Program-made: the position numbers and the translations under genes
In this document: piece by piece, positions 14,061 through 28,721 of the stretch
How the letters are laid out: each line of letters begins with the position of its first letter
Position numbering within the stretch: position 1 is the first letter of the stretch
The notes under the pieces: model-generated
Told to the model about the DNA's origin: nothing
The model's database searches: none
What the model saw: the letters and a program-made list of their open reading frames with translations, nothing else
From: Bugula neritina
Lineage: Eukaryota > Animalia > Bryozoa
Direction: 5' to 3'
Assembly: GCA_964035545.1 (NCBI GenBank)
Contig: OZ037765.1
Span: 24,985,504 to 25,049,503 of the forward strand
DNA: 64,000 nt

Positions 14061-15012
14061 TATTGTTAAGCAATTAGACAATTAGAATATGCAACACCAA
14101 CAGTAAGTGAGTAATTGCAAAGTTGAACTTATACTTATAGTTCTTGTTAAATTGAATTGCTTAGGCCAACTTGGGTTTTTTGAATTTAAGTAGAACTTCT
14201 TAGTTACTGGTAAAAGATCAAGATCTCAGTCTGACCTCTTCTATACAAGATTTGAACCTAATCATATAGTTATCCTAATTATTTCAGTAATACTTATAGT
14301 TATACTAGTTGTATTTGTACATTTGTCTGTGATGCTAATTTGCACATTTTACTTGCCTTTGGCTTTGCATATATAATTATAGTGATTAGCTAATGTGATC
14401 AGTTAATGCATTTCAATATGAATATGAATTTCGCAAACTACATATATAAAATACAAGAAAAATGTAAGTGTTAATATTTCTGTTTGTCAATATTAACAAG
14501 TATTAGTAATAAAACGAAGCCAGTATTATGCAGTTGAACGACTACCTAAAAATAAATACTATATCTAGTAATACTAATAAAATTAGTAATAAATCTCTCC
14601 TATAGGCTATAAGTATAATCATAATGCTTAATTATCTCCATCTTAAATCATTTTTCACAAAAACACTGTTAGTAGTTCATAATATCTCGAAACAATCAAC
14701 TGATCTTTTGCTTTAAATGCCAGAATTTTTTAAAAACCAATTTGCTTAAATCTAAAATGGCACAGCAAGTTTACAAGTTGAGTTATGGTAATTAGTATGT
14801 CAGGTCTAATTTTAGCCAGTCCAGTAGTTAACAGTTTAAAATTAACATAATTGAAATCTGAATCTGTTAATTCTAGTTCTGTTTATTCATAATTCTATTG
14901 CTATGTAAATGTTTGCTGTCAATGTTTTGATGATTAGTTTTACAAGTTATGTTGAGATTTCATGAACTTAAAATTGTCTTAATATTATTAAGGTTGTTTT
15001 CAGATTTAAAAT

Positions 15013-18000
15013 ATGTCTTCTAAAAGAAGCTTATGTCAATGGGCCCCACCCACAAATTCAAGTCAATCACAACTCAAATTGTACAACAGCTTGACACGAT
15101 CAAAGGTAAAGTAATTTATAATCTCACTCATTGCTTCCTTTTGATTTTGCAAACTAGTTGATGTAGGCAAGCTGCTTATTTTGCCAAAAGAAAGATGGCT
15201 AATAGTGAAACAACAATACTCATTATATTACATTGGTCTTTTGTGTAAACGCTCAAATCAAGTCTACCTCTTTTGTAAAAAATTACTGCTATTGAAATAA
15301 TCTTATCAAAATTGCATTGTAAATCACTGTTTTTTATATAATTTCTTTTCTATAAATCACTATTGCTTCAATTGCCAATTGCCTAACCCTGTAATCAAAA
15401 GGTACATTAATTGTATACTTCTAAAGCTCTTACCATTGTTACATGGTCAAATATCAGTACATAATAAATAGCCTGTAGGAATTCATTCATTCCAATAAAA
15501 ATCTGCACAAAGTATATATGCTAATTTGTGCCACAAGCTATATATCCTAATTGCTGCTACTTTTTTTACCAAACAAGCTGTGGCAAAATGTATTCTGTAT
15601 TTGGATTCTAGACATTTAAAAAATCATTTACTCTTCATCAGTTGATTGGTTTATTGTTACACAACTTAGTTTTTATGTTATGTTTCATTTTAATTGATTA
15701 TGTTGATGTTGTATGAGCATCAAATTCTGTAATACCACCAATAAAAACCCTGTTTTCTCTCTGTTTAGAGTCTTCAATTTAAACATAGCTTTAGCTTTTA
15801 TCTTACTGTATTTTTTGTAATGTTTAGGAAATCTTTGTGCCACAAAATGGAAATAAGGTGTTATGGTATAGCTGTGGGCCTACTGTTTATGATACTTCTC
15901 ACATGGGTCATGCAAGGTATGTTTAAAGATGAAAATCTTAATATTTTATACAGTTGTCTTCAAGTGATCAATCAGCTACTTGCTTAGCCCAACATTAATT
16001 AGTTTTACTATGATATATGACGCCTGAGTTTTTAGTCAACAAAAGTAGTTCGTATCGACTTTTGTGAAACTTGAAACAATTACTAATATTTTCATTATTA
16101 TTGGTTGTATCACAGCATATTGCCCATGACCTAGTTCCACTAGGCTGGGATAGATAAGACCTTTCTCAAGATGTGATCGGATCCTAGTAGGGCTGTCTGT
16201 TGAAGCAATGTGTATCTTCCCAGTTCTTCGAAATGATGCCATCTAATAGTTATAGTAATAATAATATTTGATATAGTTTTTATTGCTTTTAATAATTCTC
16301 CTTCTGCAAATATGGTTTTTGATGCTAATTCTGCACTTGTGCAAAAATTGGATTACAACAGTTGATTAATATATTCTGATATGTATGTCATATTTGGTTG
16401 TATTGTTCAATTAGTTCATGATTTTACTAATGGTTATCGTTATTTAGAATGTAGGTAACTTTAAATCCTGAAGTGCACTGTTTTATAATATGTTTTAAGA
16501 TTTCTGGTGTATGTGTTATTCTTAGCTGGTAGAGATAAGCCTTGTAATGCACTATGTTTTAGGTCATACATATCATTTGATATACTGAGACGGATTCTGC
16601 AGGATTATTTCAAGTATGATGTTACTTACTGTATGAATATTACTGATTTAGACGATAAGATTATCAAGCGTGCTAGACAGAACAAACTTTTCACTGATTT
16701 CAAAAATACAGAACAGTAAGTATGTAATAGTATTGATATTATGGAATGGTCTAATTTATTGAGAGTCATTAAATTTGAATTAATAAAGGAAAATAATATC
16801 CTGTTGAAAATTCCATGTTGGTCACATCTAAATGCTTATCTTTAATTGAAAATAGTACAGATTTTATAAAACTAGTTTTCTAGATAATACTATATTTTCT
16901 ATTCTGTTTTAACTGTTTCTTTATTTTAATCTATATAATTAGTTATGGAATAGGCAAGAAATACAAGTACACTAAAAAATTTATGCTTTGTATATTAATA
17001 TAATGTATATGCTTTATGCAGGCCGCTAGCAGCTGTTCTTGATGTCGTAAAGAGTGCCATGGACCAGTTTGATAAGAAGCTGAGTTCTGAGACCGACCCT
17101 GCTAAGCTGGATATGATGAAAAAGATTCGTGTCACAGCTGAGCAGGCTACAGCTGATATACAGAAGGTTGTTGGAGATTCCTCGTCAACTCCTGATCAAA
17201 TTAGACTGGCTCAGCAGGTATGCGTCTCGTCCTACACTTCCCTGAACGCGCAGAGCTCAAGCTATGTTGACATTATCTTGTAGAAAGTTTTGTTGGGAAT
17301 ATAATTAAAATTTAAGTTTACTGAGATAGTTTTCTTTTAGAATTTGCTAGAAAATGTGAAAAGCCCACTCTCTGAATGGTTGGACCAGAAGTATGGATCT
17401 GATGTGACAGACAACGAAATATTCTACGATTTACCAAAGCATTTTGAAGCTGAATTTTTTGCTGACATGGAGAGTCTCAATGTATGTATCTTCTGTCCAC
17501 ACTAATAGTTGTTAAGATGTCAAAACACTCTGAAGTTTTCTGCATTTGTATTTATCTGGAGCATTTATCATTTTCTGTTTATTTTTGATAAGATTTTTAC
17601 GATCCTAGCTAGAATAAAAACTTAACCAAAATTGTATAACTTCGCGTCTTTCGTTGACTTTTGACAGAATTTTTGTTTGAAAGAATGTAATAATACCAAC
17701 ATGTGAATATCAACCTGATTCTTCATTGCGTGGGTAAAAATATAGAAATACTAGATATTTGTCTTGCTTCAACCCCCTTCCACTCTCAGATGTTACAGTT
17801 ACTTTGTAGATACTGCCTCCAGATGTGTTGACTAGAGTCACGGAATATGTTCCTGAAATCGTCAAGTATATCGAAAAAATTATTGAAAATGGTTTTGCGT
17901 AAGTTTATAACTGTTTCAGTAGCAAGTGTTCTAGTAGCAACATTTATTAAGTAAGTAACCTTCTGTCCAGCAAGTTTATTTGTAGTTCATATTTTTAGAT

Positions 18001-21000
18001 ATGAAGCAAATGGTTCAGTGTACTTTATGAGTAGTAAATTCAATCAGGATGAGAGACATTTTTATGCAAAGTTGGTTCCTGAGGCTTTTGGTGATGCAGA
18101 AGCTCTGCAGGAAGGTGAAGGTAAAGCAATATTCTGTTTTCATTACAGCAGCTTTCTCATTCGGTTAATAAAATTTATCTTTTTGTATTTTTTATATTCT
18201 GAGAACGAATAAAATTATCTGATTTTGTAATGTTTGTGCATTGAAAATATTTATTCTAAAGTCTAAGACACAAATTATTGTTCAATTATACATCATTAAG
18301 TTATCAGTTATCTTACATAATCACTTTTGTCCTTGTAAATTATATAATCTTTTTGTTCTGATCTACGCATATATACTATACACAATATATTCTGTAAAGT
18401 ATTAGAAGACTTTGAAGAGTTTCAGCATCAGAGAGTTCTAAGAGATCTCAGAATGTTGCTGATGTTCAGTGCTATTTATTGCACTGCTGAAAGTCGTTTT
18501 TGCTTTTCAAATTTAGACCTGTATTGTATATATTATTTGTGTGTGCGTGCGTGAGTTGTGTGCTACTGCAAGTTTTATACATACGTACTTTCATCCCCGA
18601 ACAACCTGTTTATTTATAGGAGACCTGACTGTTGCTAAAGATGTGTCGAGTGAGAAAAGAAGCCCTACAGATTTTGCATTGTGGAAAATGTCCAAAGCCG
18701 GAGAACCAAGTTGGGAATCTCCTTGGGGTAAAGTGAGTAGTCAGGGGTATATTTTCATTCTGAACAGTGTGTGGTATCTGTGTTGTAGTTGCATGGACAT
18801 TCGAATTTAACACAAGAGAGTTTTTTCGTATTATAGAGGTGTTTTTTATTTAAAATGAAATATAATTATGATAGGGTAGACCAGGTTGGCATATAGAGTG
18901 CTCTGCTATGGCTAGCATTATACTGGGTGACTCAATAGACATTCATACTGGGGGATACGATCTCAAGTTCCCACATCATGACAATGAGCTTGCACAGGCT
19001 GAGGTTAGTACATACTATATAGCACTATACCAACAATTTTTTGTTAGCTTTTAATTTATAATCAAAATTCAGTCTCTTACGATTATTTTTGATTGAGCTT
19101 TCAAACATGGGATATGATATCTAATCGATTCTCACATTAATGACATAAATAAACAAAGCATTTAAGTTTATTCAGTGAATTTGCAGCTTTAAACTGTATT
19201 ACTTCAAATTCTATAGCTGTAACCTGAAAGCAATTTATATCACACAAATAAAACTGTTTCTCACCACATGTTTTAACAAGTATTTGGCACCCAACCCGAA
19301 GCATCTTCTCATAACTTCTAGGCTCATTACGGCCACAGCCATTGGGTGAGGTACTTCCTACATTCGGGTCACCTCACCATCGACGGTATGAAAATGTCAA
19401 AGTCACTGAAGAATTTCACTACTATTAAAGAAGCCTTAGAGAAATACACAGCTACGCAGATTAGGTTTGCTTACTTGCTACACTCGTGGAAAGACACTCT
19501 AGATTATAGTCCCAACACTATGGAGATAGCACTCACATATGAAAAGTCTTTCAAGGTGGAATACTTTTGTTTTATTAATTAAAGATTAGTAAGATTTCAT
19601 TAGAATTTTTTTTTTCAAGTTGGATATAAAACTTATTATTTAATTAGGGTAACAATGTATGTAGTTATTATGTAACCTGTCTGATTAGTGTGACTTACGC
19701 GTCTGCTTTGTCTAAGTATCAAGTAGACAACTTTTCCTAGAGATTACATATATCTGTTCTTATTCAACATAGCTGAAGTGTTTGGCACTTCCATAGGTTT
19801 TTATTGATCGTGTTAGTCAAATACAAACTAATATTACCAGGAATTCTTCCTCAACATGAAGAGTGTATTAAGGCAGCTACCGAGTCATGGTAGGGAAATG
19901 CACAGGAAGTGGGGTGATATGGAGGCTCAGCTAAACCAGAAACTAGAAAACTGCAAAGAAGAGGTTCACGCTGCACTCTGTGGTATAACATGTTTTTAGT
20001 ACAAGCAATCTGTTTTACTATTTTATTAGTAGTTTACAACACACTTGTATTACATCAATGTTCACTCTAATACGTATGTTTTGCTGTATACTGTTTTCCA
20101 TGTACAGATTCTGTGGATACCAGAAGCGCATTGGAATGCATGAAAGAGATGATGACTCACACTAACATATATGTCAAGGACAAACAGATGAGCAAACAGC
20201 TGGCTGATTATATGCTTATAAGAAATATATCTGCCTACCTTACAGATATGCTGAAAGTAAGAGAGTCACACTATATAGAATAGTTTACTATAATAAATGG
20301 TGTTGAGCCAATGCATTCTTGTTATCACTGCTAATGTAGTCATACATACACACACGTAGTTATACATAAGATAATGTGGCTGAGTGTAGGCTGGTATCTC
20401 TGAGATCGTTTAAATTGTCATATTATGCCAACATCTGGTGGTTAATTTCGTGTGTTGAAAATAGGCTTCATTTGACATTTATTGCAATGATTAAATGCAA
20501 CTATGTTTTGAAGGTATATGGCTAAATCCAACACAACTCTATAGTTTTTTTCTAAGACAATAGCAAGTTCAAAATAACTTTAAAATGCTTTTGAAAAAAC
20601 TTTCCTTTAATTGTATTTGCAAAATATTTGTGTATATATCTGAAAAACAAGTCAACTTAAGATTTTTAAATATAATTCGACATGGCAAACCTTCCTATAA
20701 ATTATCTCAATTTTGTTTGTTACTTCCAATAGAAAAAAATTATTTCATCTTTTTGTTTTTATTATATTGCTTCTACTATGGATTTAAAATACGAGTTGAC
20801 AACTTCTTTCACTGTCGGTATCATGATATTCCACTTATAACTGGTTCTTTACTAAGTCTAAATTTGATCAAAACTTTATAAGTTACCTTCAAAGTCTATA
20901 CATAGTATGGCAAGCTGATAGGTTTAAATGTCTTACAGACATGTGTATAACTACTCACAACTAGTTGAATGCTGAACATGATCTTCAGCTGCTCACAGGT

Positions 21001-22413
21001 TGGTTTTTCAATTTTTGGCAGATATTTGGCACCATAGAAAGCGACACGTCTATTGGTTTCGCTCAGAAGCTGAATGCTGAGGGTAACACAGAGGAAGTAG
21101 TAATGCCATTCTTGGACTGTGTGGCTGATTTTAGAAAGGCAGTTCGGAAAAATGCTGCCACCAAAAAGGATGCTGAGTCTTTGCGTTTGTGTGATGAACT
21201 GCGGGACGATATTTTACCGTACCTTGGAGTCAGGATGGAGGATATAGATAGTAGGTTTTATCTATTTCTTCCTCAGTTTATCATTTCATATTTCTAGGTG
21301 GTGTAACAGTATATTCTTTTCAATAGTAAACCTTTCAATAATAAATTGTAGCTATACAATTATTTGTGGTGTTCTATTTTTGCTTTGTATAATATTCTGA
21401 AGGTTTATTCAACTTTAAAAAATACCTAAAACAAAATCCTCTCAGTTTTTTGCTTTGCTGTAGCTTCTTGTAATTTCTAGTTAGCTGAATATTATATTTA
21501 GATGAAACCACAGCTATAAAGTTAGTAGACAAAGAGGTTCTTTTAAAAGAAAGAGAAGAAAGTGCTAAGGTAACTGCTTATTCATTTCATCGCTGGAATA
21601 TATCGTGTATTGTATAGTCTTTAACAACTGTTCTGTTGTGTGAAGTATGCACATTCATATGCATATATGCATTAACGCTCTTGAAACAACATGAAGATTT
21701 TAAATTAGCTTATGCTATATTCTCACTGTTTAACGTATGTAATGTACATATAGGCAAAAGAACGAGAAAGATTGGCTAAAGAAGCACAGAGAGCTAAAGC
21801 TGCAGCTGCAAAAGTATGTGTAAAAGCCCATGTTTGGTTGTAACTGTAGTTTTTATAATGTGACGAAACACTTGAATACTTGTATTTGTATCATAGCAGG
21901 TGACTTTGGTTTCCAGCTTTAGTGTATGCTGACTGTCACTAATATTTTTTGCTGTTCGTTTTGCTGACATTGTGAATATTTTAGTAAGATGTTAAACCAT
22001 TATACTGATAGTGTCTGATCATTTTTTGTAAATTTAGGAAGCTAAAGATGCTCAAAGAAAAATCCCGCCATCAGAGCTTTTTGTATCTCAGACAACAAAG
22101 TATTCAAAGTTCGATGATAAGGTGTGTGTTTTTGTATGTTATCTACTTGATGACAACAATACATATGTTTTTCTTATGCTGTTAACTCTGTTTTAATGTT
22201 TTTACCAATCAAGAATAAAGTTATAAAGGGGCTAATGACCTAAGTACAGTTCGCTTTAGTTGTGAACATGTGAATGGTTTATTACAGGGGCTGCCAACTC
22301 ATGATGCTGATGGTAAGGAACTTTCAAAGAGTCAGCTGAAAAAACTGCAGAAGCTGTACGATGCCCAAGCCAAAGTTCACAATGAATTTTTGAAAGAAGT
22401 CAAAGAAAATTAA
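15013..22413 (+). CDS. CARS1: Cysteine--tRNA ligase, cytoplasmic (about 17 exons)
   Basis: [29 protein letters not shown] (HIGH motif), [77 protein letters not shown] (KMSKS motif), and the eukaryotic C-terminal [31 protein letters not shown]. Confidence 0.97.
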
Positions 22414-23649
22414 AAGTTGTAAAAGGGATGCTTTTCAATTTGATAATAAATGTTTTTGTAAATCAGCAACTCTCTTGTAAATTATTGATATAATATTTTA
22501 CTGTATATTTGTCAATTAAAAATTGGATCTGCTGCAATGTGCAAATACTATTATGTTAGTGGAATGAATTTAATCGGATTTTAAAACAATATCATGATGG
22601 CGTAACAGCATTGTAGCATTGTAACTTTGGAATTAATAGCTGCAAAGAGAAAACACAATGCTAAAGTTTTCATTTATTTAAAATATTTTCATGTAATTGA
22701 GATTGTGACAAAAATTCATACCAAGTACATAATAATGACAATAATACTCTCTGAAAAAATTTTGGTAAATGTGTTAATTAGTAAGCTACTTTTTAGCTGG
22801 TTTGAGTATATATCCAGATGTATGACAAGACCTTAGTGCTGTCCCAAATTTTGGTGCTTCTTCACAAAATTTATGAAAACCATTTAATACAAATACATAA
22901 TTATTATCTGACTGAAAGTATTTGCAAGGCTGTAGATATAGGTTGACATTCCAACCTTCCTCAATTAGCTAAATTTCATTCTCGCTTAGCAGCTTCCTTA
23001 TAATATAGACACAGTTTCAAGACTGGAATTTTTTTCAAGTAAAATTTTATTAAATTATTTTATAATCTTTAATAAGCACAATCCTGTAATTTATTTTTCT
23101 ACTAGCATAATGGTCACTGCAATTGCAAACATTTGGGTATGGTGTAAGCTAAAAACACCTGAAACTAATTACAAGGGAACTAGAAGCAAAATAATAATGC
23201 ATAGAGCTGGCCAATAAAATTTTAGGGTTGTAAGTTGTAAAGTGTAAGTTATAGCCAAATTTTAACTATTATGATGCTAGCTGTAAACTGCAAACATTAT
23301 TATGTTAGTTGTCAGTCCGTGAAAACACGCAAAGAAATTTGACTTTTGCGACGTAGTAACCCTCCCACTTGCAATATTTTTAAAAAATTGGCTGAGCGGT
23401 TCCGTATATATTTTGTAGCTAGTGCTCATCTCTACCAATAAATAAATATAATACTTATTGTAAAATTAAAAACCTACACATGTTATAATTGATATTTCTG
23501 AATTACATTTATATGTGTTAGTATGAGCATTCAAAATAGCTATAATAAAGTATTATAAATCACAATTAGCATGAGGCTGAGCATCAGCATACGCATTCAA
23601 ATTCAGTTTATTTTCAAAATTTCAATATGAATAAGTTAAACTATTTGTG

Positions 23650-24600
23650 TTACTTTTACTATTGGTATTACTATTAGACTTATTATTAGTATTACTATTG
23701 CCTATTGCTATTGGAATTTTGATGCCTATTGGCATTATCAACTACCATGCCTGATGCTTTAGCCTATGCACCTGCGTCTTGCAGTAACAGTAACTGTAAG
23801 ACTAAGTGAGTGTAAGTCACTAAATGACTGTGGGTATCAGTATGCACTGTGACTATGCAGTAACTTTAAGACTAACTCATGACTCATAAGTGACTCTAAC
23901 AGTAAGCGAGTGTGAGTTTCAATATGAGTATAACTATTACTATCACTATGGAGACATGATTATCATTATCTGATTATGCTATTAAAATTTAAATTGACTG
24001 AAAGTAATAATGATAGTAGTACTAATAGTAATACTGTAACTATCACTATGAGTATCAGTATCACCATCAGTATGTGAATGTCTATGAGGATGACGTTGAC
24101 TATTGACCTTCACAATCAGTATCACTTAATCATCAATCATCAATGACTATCACTAACTATAAGACTAACTATAACTATAAATGTTGGCAATGACTATTAT
24201 CATTCTGATTTTGTATAGTAATAGTGTATTCACTATTGGGTATTACTATTAAAGATTTACTTTGATCATTGATGTTTTACCATGTCCATTCAGTATAACT
24301 GTATGATAATATTTATTATCAATATTAATTATTCTACAATTAGAAAGAAATTTTAAAGGCCTTATGGCTAGCACCCTAAGGTGCCTATGGCTATCACTAT
24401 AACTAACAGACATAGTTATAGTAATTGCAAACAGCTACTCTCTAACTGATTGAATTATTTTTGGAGTGCTAGTAAGTTACTGTGTTAGTGTTGGGGTTAC
24501 TGCTAACAGTTACAAACACATAGTTATCATACACGTTAGATTATAATTAGTAAAGCATTCTTATAATTAAGTTGTGAGCGCTAATAGTAATTGTATCAAG
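23650..24600. repeat. Degenerate hexamer-periodic region upstream of the WDR11 ATG exon
   Basis: cagtaa cagtaa ctgtaa gactaa ...; cactat gagtat cagtat caccat cagtat ... Confidence 0.8.
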
Positions 24601-24897
24601 AAAGATGTATTGAATTATATATTTAAGGGTGATACTTGGTTTAAATTAAAATAAAAGTAAATCTTAAAATGAAAATGAGTAACATTTGTATCCTTAATTA
24701 TAGTCAGTATGTGAAGGTTGATGCGATACAATACTCATTACTAGTTATACCACTAGAAATATTTATAAAACTGAAAACTAAAACACTAGTTGATTAATGA
24801 AAACATATTAAATTTGGAGTTTTAATTGACAATTAAGCTGCTTAGCTTGTCATAACCCATTCCATTTAAAATTTTTCAATACTCATCAATTTCAGAA

Positions 24898-27800
24898 ATG
24901 AAAATTGCAGCAAGAGTCTTTCCTGGGACTCTTGTGTCTCAAAACAAAGGTGCCCTAATATGGTAAGTACCAAGTTTAATTTTTCTAATAATTTAAAAAA
25001 GTTATATCGTTTAAAAATGTTGCCAGTATAGGGAATTATCTACTCAATGTTAAGCTATATCATCTTACTTTGTAGGGGAGATCATGGCCTCATTGCCTAT
25101 GCGGCCAATACTACTGTTGCAGTTGTAGATTCTACTACTATGCAGGTTATACACATGATAGTATATTTCTATCTCTCACTGATATTAGTTATAGTTACAT
25201 ATTATAATTTTATGCTGATATAGTATGAACTTTCTTAGCAGGCTAATGTTAAAAAGGAAAACTTACTAAGAGCTTACCTAGCACTACATTGGCTGCCATT
25301 CAAGTATATACAATATGACAGTGTTTTGCTCCTGCTATTTGCATACCATGTATATTGTAGGCACCCAACTATCAGCTTGTTATTTTTTTATTCATATATT
25401 TTTACATCATTTTTTTCTACACAATATATAAATAATTATTTTGGTTTTTAAACTTAATAATTTATATTGATGCATACTTTTTCAATATAATCATTCACTA
25501 TGTGCTTTTGTTTTCCAGCATGTGACTGCATTGCATTCACACAGATCACCCATCACTAAGGTTAGTACTATTTTTCTAATTGAATTGCTTCTCTACAATG
25601 CAACAATATTCTACCTTTTATTTATGTCACTATCAAATTCATAATACTGTTTTCAATGAATACCTGCCTTTATCTCTGTGAATTGTCTTATAGATTTGCT
25701 GGGCTCCCAGCTCGATCCCTGTGGGGGATGTTGATGACCTGTTTTTAGCATCTGCTGACACATCAGGATTTATTGTCATATTTAATGTTACGGCTGGGAA
25801 GGCTAAACAGAAACTATCTGAATCCAATAAAGTAGTGAATGGTAAGTAAATATTAATAGTCATGTCATTTTAACACTAGTCATTATTAGTATCAGGAATG
25901 GGCTAATATTTATTTTTAATTTATATATTTTTTATCTGTTGTTGACTAATAATTTTTCTATTAAACCTTGTGTAAAATAATTGTCCCTACTGGGATTCGA
26001 ACCCGAGACCTCTGGCTTGCAAGCAAGTGTGCTAACCATTACACCACGGAGACTGCTAGGTGAACTCAACACTACACCTTAGTTTTACTGGAGTATTTCT
26101 ATCAATGCTATTTCATAATTTTGTTAAGTTTTATATGTGCGTCCTTTTTCTAGCACTGACTTTAGTGGACATTGTTTGTTGTTGATTTAGCCCTAGAGCT
26201 TTTCCACACTAAAAACTCAGAGCTGTATTTGCTTTCTCTACATCAACCTGCTCTCCTTATCCTTTGGAACCCTAAGTCTGGGGAGCAGATTTGGAAGAAA
26301 TCATTCTCAGAATCTCTGAGCTCTTTTTCAAGAGATCCTTTCAGCGAGGATTGTATTGTATGTAAGTTATATACACATTATGTATTTGACGAATATATCT
26401 GTGGTTGTATTTTACCTGAGTTGTAGTGCAAGGTTATTGAAACTAGTTTAAAATCTTTCTATACTGTCTACTTTTGAGCTTCATGCATACTGTAAAAATT
26501 TTAAAGCGCTCAATTTTTGTGTAAATTCATGACTCGTGCATACTTCTGTGGGAATTTGTTTTTGGGAAGTCTGTAATTTCATAGCCTCGTTCTTCCCCTC
26601 ATTTGCTTTGGAAGTAGATGTTGACCCATACAATCTCTTCACCCTATAGCAACAGCTTTAGAACTTCAGTCTATGATATGTTTCGTTTGCAATCAGTTGT
26701 TCAAGCATTATTTTAGACATATTATCATCCTAACACTTTGCTTTATCTAATCAATGCAAGAGTTCATTACATGAGGTTGAAGCAATTTCTTTGCATATTC
26801 TAAGTATGCAACTCTGAAACATGGCTTATCTTGAAATTTAAATCCTAGTAAAAGGGCTTGAGTTTTAGTAATTTTTTGCTATCATTCGAAGGCTCTGGAT
26901 AAACATAGCATTATGAAATCTGACCTTATGATTCATAAAAAGAAGTTTCAATAATAAGATTAGTGCTATTTATGATTTATTATTGTGTCAACTAAACAGT
27001 TATGCTCATTTATGTCCTTAACTCCAATTTTTGCAGTGCACACAACTCCAATTTTGTATACTGAGTCAAGTTAGAGCTTCCTATTACTATAAACATGTTT
27101 TATAGTCTTTTATGTCTTTTTAATTAGTGAATGGCGGTGGTTTTGTCCAGTTTGTGAAGGACTTCTCATGTTCACAAGCTCCTTCTGATGGAACCAGATT
27201 CTTTTTGTCTTCAAATTCATCAGCAGGTATATAATTGTCCTACTCAACAGATACAAGGCTTGTCTACTTTCAATTTTTATAGCTGTCTTTTTAAAACCTT
27301 GTAACTCTAACATGTTTAATAAAAGTTATCATCAAATTAAGATGTTTTGGTAGTTGAATTCATCTTAGCATATTATTTATCTAGAATACTTATTATAATT
27401 ATTGACTGTAGGATAGATATGTTGTCAAATAAAAATGCGATAAATAGAGAAATTGAATAAGTAGTACTAATACTGCTAGGTTGAAACTAAACATGTTTAA
27501 TCAGTATGTGAAAGCATTCTCGTGTTGAACTGATTTTAGAGAATTGATAGCGTGTATTCAATTTCACACTTTTATTAGTTGCCTCCTCTCGTAAATAAGA
27601 CGGCATTTCTAAATCAAAAAGCACGTCTTCTACATTTATGGTAATGGTTTAATGCTCATTTGATTAACATAATAATACATATGTTGGTGATAGATCTTTA
27701 AGATGGATATCTAAGACTAGTATTATAATAGGACAAGTGTGGTGAAAACAGATTGTCTCATAACAGTTCTTTATATCTGACAGAGCCACCTCTTTCATCT

Positions 27801-28684
27801 CCATCAAGTTCGTCTGAGAAGAATCGTGTAACCTCCATGTTTTTTGACTTTCCAAGAAGATCACGTCTAATGCTGAGTGACCGTTCCAGCAGGTAGTACT
27901 ATAAGACTATATAGCATCTCTCTGTGTAATACTATAATACTATATAGCATCTCTCTGTATAATATTATAATACTATATAGCATCTCTCTGTGTAATACTA
28001 TAAGAATGTATAGCATCTCTCTGTGTAATATTATAATACTATATAGCATATCTCTGTGTGATGCTATAATACTATATAGCATCTCTCTGTGTAGCACTAT
28101 AAGACTTTATAGCATCTCTCTGTGTAATACTATAAGACTATATAGCATCTCTCTGTGTAGTACTATAATACTATATAGCATGTCTCTGTGTAATATTATA
28201 ATACTATATAGCATATCTCTGTGTAATACTATAATACTATATAGCATCTCTCTGTGTAATACTATAATACTATATAGCATGTAATATGTTATTACCTGTG
28301 CCTTTTGATTTTATTCGAAATTGTTTTATTTGTGTTTTGCTGATTTCAGTAAAGCCCAGATCTCCATTGAGGATGACAATCAGCTGCAGTTGTCTAACCT
28401 ACTCAGCGTCAAGTATCACTGCACTAGAAGGAACACCCTGGTACTTGTCTATACTCAGGACATTCTCATACTTGACCTTGACATCAAGCAGACTATCTCC
28501 GTTGTTTCTCTTGAGAGATCTACCTGCCCCTTTGTTGAGGTAATGCCTTCACTAGTGTTCATACGTTTATATTTCATGTATGCAATCTTTCAGATAGTGT
28601 CATTTTGTTACATGACAAGCTTTTTTATGTACAATTCAAGTTGAAACTACTTTGTGCTATTTTGTCACTTTACTTCTAGTTTGT

Positions 28685-28721
<37 letters not shown>

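Noticed and set aside
16085-16225. GC-richer CARS1 intron segment with a small hairpin (CCTAG/CTAGG) followed by AGATAA; possible H/ACA snoRNA
   Set aside because: The second hairpin is weak and there is no properly placed ACA box. An Infernal or snoGPS scan would be needed.
18421-18491. Two short adjacent hairpins in a CARS1 intron
   Set aside because: The stems are only about 6 bp and no H/ACA or C/D boxes are present.
24688-24697. GTATCCTTAA, a U12-donor-like sequence upstream of WDR11
   Set aside because: No U12 branch consensus before the next acceptor, so it is probably a chance match.
27867-28284. 135-aa and 76-aa repetitive ORFs; CRISPR-like appearance
   Set aside because: These are translations of a 33-bp tandem repeat with no unique spacers, inside a eukaryotic intron.
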